DNA of 64,000 nucleotides from Octopus vulgaris (lineage: Eukaryota): NCBI GenBank assembly GCA_951406725.2, contig OX597814.1:14880001-14944000 (forward strand), given 5' to 3'. Below, piece by piece: positions 1 to 12,780 of the stretch. A program made the translations under genes and the position numbers. Under the pieces are notes generated by a model, which was given only the letters and a program-made list of their open reading frames with translations, was not told the DNA's origin and ran no database searches. How positions within the stretch are numbered: position 1 is the first letter of the stretch; the number at the start of each line of letters is the position of its first letter.

Positions 1-18
1 TATATATATATATATATA

Positions 19-160
19 TATATAATATAATTCGAGACAAAACCACTATTTTAAAACCAAACAAGAAAAGACTTAATCAATACATAAAATTTTATGTATT
101 GATTAAGTCTTTTCTTGTTTGGTTTTAAAATAGTGGTTTTGTCTCGAATTATATTATATA
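19..160. repeat. Perfect 142-bp palindrome with no spacer, between (TA)n tracts
   Basis: TATAATATAATTCGAGACAAAACC...TACATAAAA|TTTTATGTA...GGTTTTGTCTCGAATTATATTATA; centre at 89/90. Confidence 0.95.
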
Positions 161-237
161 ATATTTGACTATAAAATTGGATTTAACCCTAAATCTGATT
201 TTTCCCTGTAATTTTGGATTCATTCCCTAATATTTAT

Positions 238-291
<54 letters not shown>

Positions 292-293
<2 letters not shown>

Positions 294-662
294 TCCTTTA
301 CTCTTTTACTTGTTTCAGCCATTTGACTGTGGCCATGCGGGAGCACCGCCTTTAGTCGAGCAAATCGACCCCAGCACTTATTCTTTGTAAGCCTAGTACT
401 CATTCTATCGGTCTCTTTTGCTGAACGGCTAAGTTAAGTGGATGTAAACACACCGGCATCGGTTGTCAAGCGATGTTGGGGGAACAAACACATACGCACA
501 AACATATACACACACATACATATACACATATATACGACAGGCTTCTTTTAGTTTCCGTCTACCAAATCCACTCACAATGTTTTGCTCGGCCCGAAGCTAT
601 AGTAGAAGACACTTGCCCAAGATGCCATGTGGTCCGTAAGCAAACTACTTACCACACAGCCA
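292..662 (-). mobile_element. tRNA-derived SINE, family A
   Basis: Matches the other family A copies; (AAAGAGT)n-type tail; internal deletion in the head. Confidence 0.85.
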
Positions 663-679
663 CACACACACACACACAC

Positions 680-773
<94 letters not shown>

Positions 774-917
774 TTATATATATATATATAAATACATGTT
801 CATACACACACATATACACAGGTTGGCACATAAATACAAAACAATATGGAAAACATAGTACTCGTATACCAAGAGTAGAATAATATGATTTATTATAACT
901 ACAAAATATTCACAGAA

Positions 918-955
918 CTGTTGCTCAGAGTTTCACGTTCCCGTTCGTCGGAAAG
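918..955 (-). ncRNA. Degenerate hammerhead-ribozyme-like motif in a probable Penelope-like remnant
   Basis: Minus strand CCGACGA-ACG-GGAA-CGT-GAAA-CTCTGAG-CA; two core positions deviate from CUGANGA...GAAA...UH. Confidence 0.4.
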
Positions 956-1247
956 TTATTATGAATACTGAATTTTAGATAATAATTGTGCAAGTAATGT
1001 AATTTTGTTTCTTGTATAACAAATATTCCGACTGATTAATTTTTCAAAAACGTAATGGTAAATATTTGGTAATGTATGGATATTTAAATTAATAGAATGA
1101 TGTGATGGATTGAAAGAAAAGCCTTACATTGGATAGGTAGGAATTCCAAAAATAAGTAATTACTAATTAGTAATGGGGCTGGAAGAATAGAGTGATGGAT
1201 ATTGAAAGATTGAAATATATTATATTGAAAGTTATATTATGTATATA

Positions 1248-1383
1248 TAACCAACCAACCACATGGTTCTGGGTTCAGTCCCACTGCGTGGCATCTTGGG
1301 CAAGTGTCTTCTGCTATAGCCCCGGGCCGACCAATGCCTTGTGAGTGGATTTGGTAGACGGACACTGAAAGAAGCCTGTCGTA

Positions 1384-1452
<69 letters not shown>

Positions 1453-1645
1453 ATGTGTGTGTGTTTGTCCCCCTAGCATTGCTTGACAACCGATGCTGGT
1501 GTGTTTACGTCCCCGTCACTTAGCGGTTCGACAAAAGAGTACTGGGCTTACAAAGAATAAGTTCCGGGGTGGATTTGGTCGACTAAAGGCGGTGCTCCAG
1601 CATGGCCGCAGTCAAATGACTGAAACAAGTAAAAGATTAAAAGAG
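1248..1645 (+). mobile_element. tRNA-derived SINE, family A
   Basis: B-box-like GGTTCAGTCCC, internal (TA)n(TG)n, tail TGACTGAAACAAGTAAAAGA. More degenerate or partial copies at ~1925-2325, 7412-7590, 14697-15050, 24100-24300, 33455-33915, 35665-36078, 36588-36745, 37385-37590. Confidence 0.85.
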
Positions 1646-2699
1646 AGAGATACACACAAAAAGTGTTATGTTATATACACAGGCATAGCACTATATGCGT
1701 ACGCACGTTAACCCATCTGCACCCATACAAACATACGCAAAAGGAATGTTAAAATATAATTAAAATTGTGTAAACGCATTCATAGCTATACATACACAGC
1801 ATTTTAATTTCAATATCCATCCATTACCAAATATTCACCGGTACGTTTTTGAAAATTAACCAATCAGATTTAAGGTTTATTCTTTATAGAAAATACAAAA
1901 TTATATTATGATATATGTAAACAAAGCTTGCTCTCCAACCATTTGGTGCCACCCAATGTGTCTTCTACAATAGGCTCGAGCCCACCAAAGCCTTGTGAAT
2001 CTTAAAGACGCACGCACACACATATACAAGTGTGTGTGTGTTTTCGTGTGTGTGTGTGCTTGTGCGCATGTGTGTGTGCTTGTGCGCATGTGTGTGTGTG
2101 TGTGTGTGTGTCTGTGTGTGTGTCTGTGTTTGTCTCCCACCACAGCTTGACAGCCGGCGCTGTTGTGTTTACGCCCCTGTACTCTAGCGGTTCGGCTAAT
2201 AGGAACGATAGAATAAGTGCCAAACTTAAAAATAAAGTGCTTTAGTCTATTCGTCCGACTAGAAATTCTCCAATGCGGTACCTCGTCATTACCGAGTGTA
2301 ATGACTGAAACAAGTAAAAGATAAAACATGAAACATATACTGAAAGAGAAATAATAGACAGAGAGGGAGGGAGGGAGGGAGAGAGAGAGAGAGAGAGAGA
2401 GGACTGAAGCAAAAACCACGTGAATAAAAAAAAATGCTATGTGTATGACTGCGAATTGTCATATGCAGTGAGTAATTGAATGACACTCTACGATGCCGAT
2501 TCTGAAGCTGCCAAGAAACAAGTTGATAAATTTTAATATTCATACCATCTGTTGTTGACATAAACTGCATAATTTTGAATCTATAGTTGATAACTTGTCT
2601 GCTTGATTTCCGAATGTTTTACTCATGTAAGTGATACATTCTTTTTCCAGCAGTTGTTGAAGTCTATTCTACTGAGTTAATCAGTTAAATATTGCCTTT

Positions 2700-3124
2700 T
2701 TTTATTCTATTCCTTTACTACCCACAAGGGGCTAAACACAGAGAGGACAAACAAGGACAGACAAACGAATTAAGTCGATTATATCGATCCCAGTACGTAA
2801 CTGGTACTTATTTCATCGACCCCGAAAATATGAAAGGCAAAGTCGACCTCGGCGGAATTTGAACTCAGAACGTAGCGGCGGACGAAATACGTATTTCTTT
2901 ATTACCCACAAGGGGCTAAACACAGAGAGGACAAACAAGGACAGACATAGGTATTAAGTCGATTACATCGACCCCAGTGCGTAACTGGTACTTGATTTAT
3001 CAACCCCGAAAATATGAAAGGCAAAGTCGACCTCGGCGAAATTTGAACTCAAAACGTAGCGGCAGACGAAATGCGGCTACGCATTTCGCCCGGCGTGCTA
3101 ACGTTTCTACCAGCTCGCCGCCTT
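2700..3124 (-). mobile_element. Two tandem copies (one partial) of tRNA-derived SINE family B
   Basis: Minus-strand head AAGGCGGCGAGCTGG...GAGTTCAAATT; 3' end TTAGCCCCTTGTGGGTA occurs twice. Confidence 0.85.
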
Positions 3125-3389
3125 AATTACCTTTCTTATTCACCTGCAAGTGCATGCCGTTTAAGCGAATATAGGTATGTCTCTATGTGTAATAATGTCT
3201 GCATAGGGGTTTGGCATTCTATCTCTCTTATCCTCCTGGAATGCATACAAGGCTGTCCTCAAAGTGATTTAAAGTTGAAAAACGTGACACATATAGTAAT
3301 GAGCACTGAATAGAATTTACCTTGCTGCCTCTGTGGCGTGCAGCAATACGGAGCAATTTTAATCTGCTTTTCTCCTTGTGAGCTATCTT

Positions 3390-3865
3390 ATTATTTCTTT
3401 ATTGCCCACAAGGGGCTAAACATAGAGGGGACATGCAAGGACAGACAAAAGGATTAAGTCGATTACATCTACCCCAGTGCGTAACTGGTACTCAATTTAT
3501 CGATGGTACTTAATTTAACCCTTTAGTTTTCAGATTATTCAATCAAACATAATGCCTATTGATTCCCATTGATTTGAATTAATCATGCATTATCTCATAT
3601 CTTCAAGATCTTGACGGTGTAATTACTTAATGTAGAATAACATTGTAGGGTAGGTGTGAGAGCCTGGATCTGGTCAGTTTGAACATAAAACAGATGAAAT
3701 ATTTTGGCCTATTTTGGCCGGATATGGCCGGTTTAAATACTAAAGGGTTAAGGATGAATGGCAAAGTTGACCTCGACGGAATTTGGACTCAAAACGTAAC
3801 GGCAGACGAAATACGGCTAAGCATTTCGTCCGGCGTGCTAACGTTTCTGCCAGCTCGCCGCCTTG
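3390..3865 (-). mobile_element. SINE family B interrupted by a MITE
   Basis: Target duplication TTGTGAGCTATCT on both sides (~3376 and ~3866). Confidence 0.85.
3519..3747. mobile_element. piggyBac-type MITE
   Basis: TTAA-CCCTTTAGT...ACTAAAGGG-TTAA: terminal inverted repeats starting CCC with a TTAA target duplication. Confidence 0.8.
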
Positions 3866-4296
3866 TTGTGAGCTATCTCATATTGACCTAGTCAGCCACT
3901 GGCAAGACTGAAGCAGACAAGGGTATCTCCGTTCCTTTCATCTTCTTTTGAGAAGTCAAGATAAGATGATAATGATTTTGATTCCAACTTTCAGTATTTT
4001 GTGTTCAGATATCAAAGGTTTTATTAGATAAGCTGATTCAGGTTTAAGTGACGATAGTATTTATTAGGTTAAAGAAAATAACTGTTGATAACGTTAGAGC
4101 TAGTTCGGTAACTTATAAAATATAGAATTATTACAAAATATATGTTTATGAAAGAAGCTTAGAGTATATGTACCTATAGACGTGCGCTTGTCTTTGTGTC
4201 CGTAAATTAGAACTACACTGTGCTCTGCTTAGACTTACAACGTTTATAAAAATGTATTGCTTTATATGGAGTTCATAATTTGATAGTTGCTGAGGA

Positions 4297-4909
4297 TTAC
4301 GACTCATACTCGCTGTCATTTACTCCTTTTATGATATTGACTTCCTCAGCACACTCACACGCACACATTCGTGTGCACACAGACACATGCACATATGCAC
4401 ACACTCTCGTAGACAAAATGAGATGGAGAGAGAGAGAGACAGGCAAAGTGTGTGAGAGAGAGACAGAGAGAGAACGTGAGAAGCTACAGCTACATCAATC
4501 ACCCTTGGGTTATGTACATAGAATCCCTCAACGTATTTTGGTGATTGTTGTCAGGATCCAGATAGTCTTCACAGCGACACACTTCTTCAGTATACGATGG
4601 AGGGAAAACTGTTGACTCGTGGGTAGTAGTCAGCTTATTAGTACAGGTTGAAAGTTCATGGATAATAGCAGCAGAAAAAAACAGTAGACGTTGGGCAAGG
4701 TTTATTTCCATCGGGCAGTGTGATGGTTGGTCACTGTCGACTGAAGCTATTTTAGACAGAAGAAATTACCTTAATCCAGTGTTTCTGTTCTGGACAAGCT
4801 CTTGTAGCGGATGTTCATGTGGGCTGATATTTTACAATGGGAAATAGCTGCCACAAAGAAAAGCAATTAAGACATATTCGAAGCAGAAATTTACAATGTT
4901 GGAAATAAC
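4297..4909 (-). pseudogene. IL17: IL-17-like pseudogene (main exon)
   Basis: Fragments ELSTC..THESTVFPPSYTEEVCRCEDYLDPDNNHQ, GFYVHNPRVIDVAVA and ACECAEEVNIIKGVNDSEYES* align to the genes at 45079 and 58776. Splice acceptor is TG instead of AG; frameshifts, an internal deletion and a ~120 bp repeat insert. Confidence 0.9.
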
Positions 4910-5879
4910 CAGGTAGAAAATACATTTTATCTTTTTATCAATATATTTAACCGAAATACTTATGGTAAAATGCATTTAATAGCTTAGCAAACGTTAAATT
5001 AATCATCACATACTTTAGACACGAATAGCAATTTATGAGAAAAATATGTCACAAGCATTAATTGCAAAATTGTGAATGGGAGATATATAGTCATAAATCA
5101 TTATGTTAGTTAAATGACAAGACTTAAAAAATAAACAAGACAGTACTCGATATAAGGGTGTCAGAAAGAAAGTGAAAGAACAAAAAGGAAAAAACAACAG
5201 ACGAGCAATAAAGAAAAGAGGAGTGAGAACTGACAGATATATGCAAAAATTTGTAAAGAAACAAACGTATGTTTAAAAAAATGTTCCCGGTGATCTTAGA
5301 AATCTATAACCCAGAGTTTACAATACACTGTAGAGATTATATGATTTAAAGAGTTGCTTACAATTCAACAGTGAGTGAATGATCGGTGGGAGCTGAGCTA
5401 CGACACGTCGATTGAACAGAGGAAGTCGCCGAAGTGTCATAAAAAAAAAGAAGAAAATTTACGGATAAGATACAATTTTCAAACCGTCACATTTGCGAAG
5501 TTTCAAGGAGCTGGGAAGATCCTTATAAAGTTCTTGACTTCTTTATGTAACGGAGGCATGACCCTTTGGAGATCTCACTTTCGTGATTGCTCGCAATGCA
5601 GAGAATGACTTGTTTCCTTCGATGAAATTAAAAAAAATCTTTCATGATTTTTTACTCAGGTTTTAGATTTTCATGTAAAGATAATCTTTTTATTATTTAG
5701 ATATTGCTAGTTGGATGCAATATTCCTAAACAATAAAATAAACAAAATAGCACTTAACATAGCATTTTTTACATTGTCCTTACGCATATATCCGAAGGAT
5801 CCTCACCTTTGGAAATAGATTAGCGTCAAAAATAAAAGAGACAGATGAATAACTACATTCATAATACATATTGTTATTT

Positions 5880-6281
5880 TTTTTACTTCTTTCAGTCATT
5901 TGACTGCTACCATGCTGGAGTTCCTCCTCTAGTTGAACAAATCGACTCCAAGACTTATTCTTTGAAAGCCTAATACTTATTCTATCGGTATCTTTTGCCG
6001 AACCGCTAAGTTACGGGGACATAAGCACACCAGCATCGGTTGTTAAGTTATGGTGGTGGACAGACACAGTCACACAAATATACACACACACACATGCAAA
6101 CACACACAGACACACACGACGGGCTTCTTTTCAGTTTCTGTCTACCAAGTCCACTCACGAGCATTTGGTCGGCCCGAGACTATAGTAGAAGATACTTATC
6201 CAAGATGCTACGCAGTGGGACTGAACCCGGGACCATGTAGGTGGGAAGCAAGCTTCTTATCACACAGTCACGTCTGCGCCT
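5880..6281 (-). mobile_element. tRNA-derived SINE, family A
   Basis: Full-length match to family A. Confidence 0.85.
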
Positions 6282-6975
6282 ATTTTCGATAATTTTGTAA
6301 TTCCTAATGGACGTCTGTGGTATAGATTGAAATGTCTTATGAATCATTTTGCACGTAAGATTGTATATCATATGCAACATGATTTTCCGATTCACAGCGT
6401 GTATAATGTTTTTCTACGTGTTACATATATTCGAGCATTTCAAAGGCAAAACTGAATTTCATAACACTATAATATATCTTTCACGTTAATTTGATTCCGA
6501 ACCCAACAAACTTAGCTGTGAAATGAAATCAAAGATAGCATCGTAATAGAATAAAATTCGATGCTTATGTCTTAAAAAATTACCATGATTAAGGGATAAA
6601 ATCGAAAACATTGTTTGTCGAAATCTTGAATATGATAAATCCAAGCAATTAAACTCTGTAAATTTATAACAAAAGAAAAAGGACATTTATAAAGTATGAA
6701 TTACCACAGGTTTTATGCTAATTGCAATATGATTTATAGCAAAATAAATATTTTCAATCAGGATGATTGGTCAATTTGATGTAGACGCCTTTGATGGAAA
6801 TCCAATAAAATTCGAAAATCGATTAACGTTGTACATCATTTTTCAATCCTCCGACTAATAGCTAAACCAGCCCTGTTTATATATGAAATATATAGGTCAC
6901 ACACACACACACACACACACACATACATACATACATACATACATACATACATACATACATACATACATACATACA

Positions 6976-7006
<31 letters not shown>

Positions 7007-8229
7007 GTCTGGACAACTGCTTCGAAACCTCCAGCTTCTATATCCAGACTATGAATTCATATTCATACCAATATTAATTGAAGCACTATGTTTTGTTAGT
7101 AAATGCTTAAAGCAGAATCTGGATAAACTGGGATTTTCTGAAAGAGAAATCGGCCGGTTAATTCGTAATATATAAATGCAACCTGTGTGTGGAGCATTAA
7201 TAATATGCAAGACTTTTCTCAAGTTCCAAATGTGAATAGGTATGTGTTAACTACATCTCAAAGATGGAGTCTTGTATCTTTGTTGGAAACTGGCTCCCTC
7301 TTCAGTGTAAGATTTTTAATAATTAAAAAAAAATAGAAGAGATATATACACGTATTCATACATTCATACATGTGTGCATGCATGTGCGTATGCACTTGTG
7401 TTAGAAACCATAGTGAGTGGATTTGGTAGACAGAAACTGAAAAGAAGCCCGTCGTGTGTGTATGTGTGTGTTTGCATGTGTGTGTGTATATTTGTGTGAC
7501 TGTGTCTGTCCACCACCATAACTTAACAACCGATGCTGGTGTGCTTATGTCCCCGTAACTTAGCGGTTCGGCAAAAGATACCGATAGGTAAATATCCTGA
7601 CGGACTATTTCCCGGTTTCTTGACAGCACGTCATCGAAAACATACCTTGTTTTGGTTCCTAATGAAAATCATAAATTATTAATAAGTATGCATTCATGTA
7701 TGTATTTATGTATGAGGGATGTTCTGAAAGAGAAATTGACCGGCTGATTCGTACATTACAAGTGCAATCTGTGAGTGGAACAGTAAAAAATGCAAAACTT
7801 TTCTCGTGTTCGAATGTGAATTTGTCTATGTTAACTATATCCCAAAGACGGAGCCTTGTAGCTTTGTTAGAAACCGGCTCCTTCCTCGGTGGAAGATTCT
7901 TAATAATTAAAATATAGAAGAGATATACATACATATACACACGGACGCATGCATGTATACATACAGAACAAATAGCTACATGTTAGGGTCTGAAACTGCA
8001 AGAGATATTAATGTAATCCAAAAATGTTTTGTGGTTGACCTTAAGATTTGTACTAAAAATGTCGAGAGTCCCAGATGAACCTACCTCGCAGTAGGAGGTG
8101 CAAATGAGGATAGCGACATCAAAATCTCTTATTCACAAAATGCCACATATCATAGGTGGCTCTCAATATTAACAGTGTATCAAAATGACGGTGTCTCAGC
8201 ATGGCCGCAGCTTTGAGCTGAAACTGATA

Positions 8230-9700
8230 AAAAAATGCCAAAAACAACTGGAATTTATAGCATTTTCAGCTGACATAGGAATGGAATTTGGCCGGAAGAA
8301 ATGTTCTTTAATTGTTGAACGAAGAAAATCAGTCTTCGAAACTCAAAGCCTGTGCATTAATGGTCTCACTATCTGTCCTGCCTCACACAAAAAATGCTAC
8401 AAGTAACTTGGCATTGATGAAAATATGGCAGTCAGAACTCTTCTCTTACAATACAATATCCAGCAATGAATTGACAGTACCAGTGCTGATTGCAACATTT
8501 GGGATACTTGACTGTTCAGTAAAAGAAGTTCACTCCATAGACATTAAAACCTGCATGATTCTAACGCCAACTGGTAATGTCCACGAAAATAACGATATCG
8601 ACAGGATCTACCTAAGAAGAAATAAAGGAGGTAGGGACTTGAGATTAGTGTAGACAGCTTTCGAATGTCGCATAGTCTCTCTCAGATATCAATTGCTAAA
8701 CAACAAAAGAAAAAATAAATACATTAACTTAGTGCTGAAAAGGGAAGAAAACAAGATCCTACGTACTGATAGTGAGTTCCTCAGGAAGTTTTTTTTTTTG
8801 TTTGCTGATGACGTCCCATATAACCCCAAATCAACCGGACGAACTTACCTTCAGACCTGGAAGTGAAACGCTCAGCATACAAAAAAAAAAAAGAAAAGAA
8901 AAGAAAAGAATCATGCATGGGTATGTTTCCGTAGACTTTAAGAAGATCGTAACACTGATATGAAGCGAAGCCTCTCGTGAACTCGTGACCGCTACATCAC
9001 ACTTCGAAGGTTTATTTGTTTGCAATCTAAGAGCAGCAGATTGCTACTGAATATCCAATCAACAAAAGAGAAAGTGAAACATTTGGAGTTCCAAGATGCA
9101 ACCGTAATTGTAAACTATGTCATTTTATTGTGGAAGACATCACACGTGAGAGTAGGAGTTGCCTAAAATTGTCATCAAGGTGCTACGTCCCCATGCGACA
9201 TGACATTGTCACAAAAAACAATATACAATGCCATTCAGAAAAAATCACTCTCCTGGAATAAATATAGAGAATCGCCCCTGTTATTGAATACGTACAGAAA
9301 TAGCAGCACAAGGAATACTGGTGGAAAGTTCCCATCATCAAGTGTGAGCGTAACATGGCGGATATTGCTGTTAGGGAGAAATATGTACCGTCACAGAGGT
9401 CAGCTGTCTTGCTGACGTGGCTATCTCTTTAAAGATGAACGAAAAAGATTATTATGGACAACTGCTTCGAACAAATTTACATTTATACCACTAATAACTG
9501 GAGCGTTTGGTTTGTAAGTAAATGCCTTACTGGCAGGTGGACAAGCATGGGTTTTCAGAAAAAAGAAATCGCACATTACAAATCAGCCACCTGATTCACA
9601 CATTATGATCTGTCGGCGGACATTGATTCCGTTATCTACCTCCCAAAGATGGAATATTGTATCTTCGTTAGAAATCAGCCCCTTCTTTAGAGGAAGAATA
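8230..9700 (+). mobile_element. Decayed R4/Dong-like (RLE) non-LTR retrotransposon
   Basis: Translated pieces DIGMEFGRKKC, IDRIYLRRNKGGRDL, CKLCHFIVEDIT..SC (CCHC region), RHD, KEYWW; ends at (TACA)n. Related 3' fragments at ~7130-7330 and 7700-7920. Confidence 0.75.
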
Positions 9701-10396
9701 TAAATACAGAGACATACATACATACATACATACATACAAACATACATACATACACACACAAATACGCGCACACATACATGTATCCACATGTATTCACAAG
9801 GACACACATATGTATATATGAATGGATATACAGAATGATGTGTATTTTCATTATTAACACTTCCAGAAGTATGCTTTTCTCTACAGGATGAGTATTCTTG
9901 CAATAAAAATTACTCACTTCCATCAGTCTTCTTTGACAAAATACACGCTTCACTAGCGTAACCGGCCTTGAAACACCAGTTTTTCGACACGATTCTGCCT
10001 TTTCAGTCAGATATATCCCCTAGAATTTTAAGAGTAAAGAATAATGAAAATTCTTATTTATAGAATTCAACAAACAACGAATTTGTCGATGCATACCTAA
10101 GACCCAACAAACTGGGATCAATAGAATAGCAAGAATAAAAACATTCATCAGTATATTCATTCGTAGCATGTTACGACAGAGCTATGCGTAAATGTAGTTC
10201 TTAACGTTGGATTACTTCTTTGGAGAATGGGTTGACAATGAATACAATAGAATCCGGTTGTCCGTATGATTGGTTTCTTGAGAATATATACGCACGAAAT
10301 ACATCGTATCAAATTATTGAATTTTAACAAAAGTTCATTTTTTCCCTTATGTAGTATGCAGAACTCATTCTTCCTGTTCGTCACAAAGAGATGTTA

Positions 10397-10531
<135 letters not shown>

Positions 10532-10539
10532 TTACATCT

Positions 10540-10573
<34 letters not shown>

Positions 10574-11210
10574 GTATGTATGTTTTATGTGAATGTTATT
10601 GTAAGCATATGTGTGTATGTATGAATGCATATATCCGCAATGGCTCTTAATATATGGATAAAGAATGCCACGTGTATAATCTTGGAATTTACGTACATTG
10701 AATGAAATATAATGATTCGAATGGTTGAAAGATAAAAAAAAAAAAGATTGTCAAAATTTCAATATTGACACCAACTATATTCTGACAGGATAGCGTCAAA
10801 TGTACAGTAGACAAATTTTAAGTAATGGCTGTGTATGATTTTAGAAGCATTATTTGTGCAAGTGAACCTCCTCACTTCAAGTAACAGCAACTTTCCCGAG
10901 TCCTCCAGTTAAATATTATTTACATATAGACCCGGAAATGTGCTGTGTTTAAGAAAATAAATGTTTAAAAAAATTAAATAATTCTGCGTATATTTCACTA
11001 CGTTCATGGAGCAATATTGTGTTGGAACAAGGTTTTAAGTTATTTGCCTCTGTCATAGGTATAGTCTTTCCAAATAATGTGGTCGTGACTGAGGTAACAA
11101 TTCTGTAAATATGTTAAAAAGAACAACAGTTAATAGAAGGTATGGTATGAAAATTTATTAACTATTGCATTATTTAAATATATGTCTATGTAATAATTTG
11201 AAATATGGTA

Positions 11211-11248
<38 letters not shown>

Positions 11249-11319
11249 GATTTGTGTATATATTTGCATGTATACACACGCATACGCACACACACACGTA
11301 CACACATACACACACATGC

Positions 11320-11351
<32 letters not shown>

Positions 11352-11516
11352 TTACATGTGAATGTGGGGATATGTGATGTAAGTTTCTTTGTGTACGTGT
11401 AATTATGTGTGTGCATCTGAGTAAATTATGATAATCACATTGTGGTCTACTTAAGCTTTCGTAATATTTTTAATATCGTTAGCTTTACACGCCGCTGACA
11501 GTACGATAGCAGAACG

Positions 11517-12020
11517 TTATGATGACAATTTTTTTCTTTTTGGTTTATTGGCTTTCAATCCACACCCACAGGATGTGGCTACATGAATTACTTTTGGCTT
11601 ATACACATACCTCCCACGGGTACATTCATGTGTCCGTTTGAGGACAGTGATTTTAGAAAATAAAGTCAGACATTGGTAACCGGTGCCTGAACAGCTTTTA
11701 GTGTTACACCTGACTTCAGTACGATTTTGAGGGAAAACCGACTCGTCATAGATATTGATATGTTTCGAAGGGCATTGTGAAGCTACTATGATGCTAGGAC
11801 CACCTTTAGATGGGTGATTTTTTTTCTTTCCCTGCATTTGCATTTTCTTTTTGTTGTCAGGAATTATCCTAGACGGGAGATAAAAGGTTTTGCCAACTAC
11901 TGCATTGGTCAGTGCCTGGTATCGGTTTTTCAAGTCTTTTGGCATTTTACACTCTTTGGGTTGTGCTGCCAAAGATGCTATCCATATGTAGTTGAAGAGG
12001 AAGATGGTGAGCTGAAGAAT
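11517..12020 (-). CDS. IL17: IL-17-like cytokine, main coding exon (basic, divergent paralog)
   Basis: Acceptor ttttctatctttcag; hydrophobic signal segment, then ECKMP, QCP, FPQNRTEVRC...C...YQC...VLKR..C...VATSCGC (IL-17 cystine-knot pattern); open to stop. The TTG start in the ORF track is intronic. Confidence 0.92.
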   Translation of the reverse strand: MLQLTIFLFNYIWIASLAAQPKECKMPKDLKNRYQALTNAVVGKTFYLPSRIIPDNKKKMQMQGKKKNHPSKGGPSIIVASQCPSKHINIYDESVFPQNRTEVRCNTKSCSGTGYQCLTLFSKITVLKRTHECTRGRYVYKPKVIHVATSCGCGLKANKPKRKKLSS

Positions 12021-12399
12021 CTGAAAGATAGAAAATGTTTTAGACAAGTGGTGTTTTTTTTACTTTCAGTGTGGGATACATCGATATAATAATTATTTTG
12101 ACATATGTATCAGTTTATGGGAAGCTATTTCTCAGCCAATCATGACAACATGTTGGTTAAGTGATAAATATCAAAGCCATATATTTTAAAAACAAGAATA
12201 TATATTTTGCAATTTATGTCTTAAATGATAGCACTTAAAACAGTATTCGAGATACGTGTTTCAAGCAGGAGGAAAAGATAGTGAGACAAAGGAATATGTA
12301 GGATAAAATATTAATATAACAATCATAATAATAATGATGATAATTATCCTCCTCCTCCTCCTCCTCCTCCTCCTCCTCATCATCATCATCATCATTATT

Positions 12400-12610
12400 T
12401 CAAATTTTTTCCACAAGGGAAGCTTTGGGGGAGGTGGAGATGAGTCGATTACATCGACTCCAGTGTTCAACTGGTACTTATTTTATCGACCCCGAAAGGA
12501 TGAAAGACAAAGTCGACCTCGACGAAATTTGAACTCAGAACTTAGCGACAGACGAAATACTCGTAAGTATTTCGCCCGGCATGCTAACGATTTTGCCAGC
12601 TCACTGCCTT
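12400..12610 (-). mobile_element. SINE family B (degenerate)
   Basis: CGACCCCGAAAGGATGAAAG..AAGTCGACCTCG core. Confidence 0.75.
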
Positions 12611-12780
12611 AATAATAATAAGAATAATAATGATAATGATGATGATGATGATTATGATGATGATGATGACAAGATCAAGAACAACAACAACAACAATAAC
12701 AATAATAATAATAATTATCATAATAATAATAATAATAATAATAATATTAATAATAATAATGATAATAATAATAATGATAA

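Noticed and set aside
10740-10945. Possible promoter and exon 1 for the 4297-4909 pseudogene (ATTTCCG plus TATA-like on minus)
   Set aside because: No ATG with a splice donor at the expected distance; similarity too weak
12021-12047. ORF-track start MSKTFSIFQ for the IL-17 gene
   Set aside because: Begins at TTG and covers the polypyrimidine tract and acceptor; the starts at 45190, 59192 and 32794 are likewise TTG codons, not true starts
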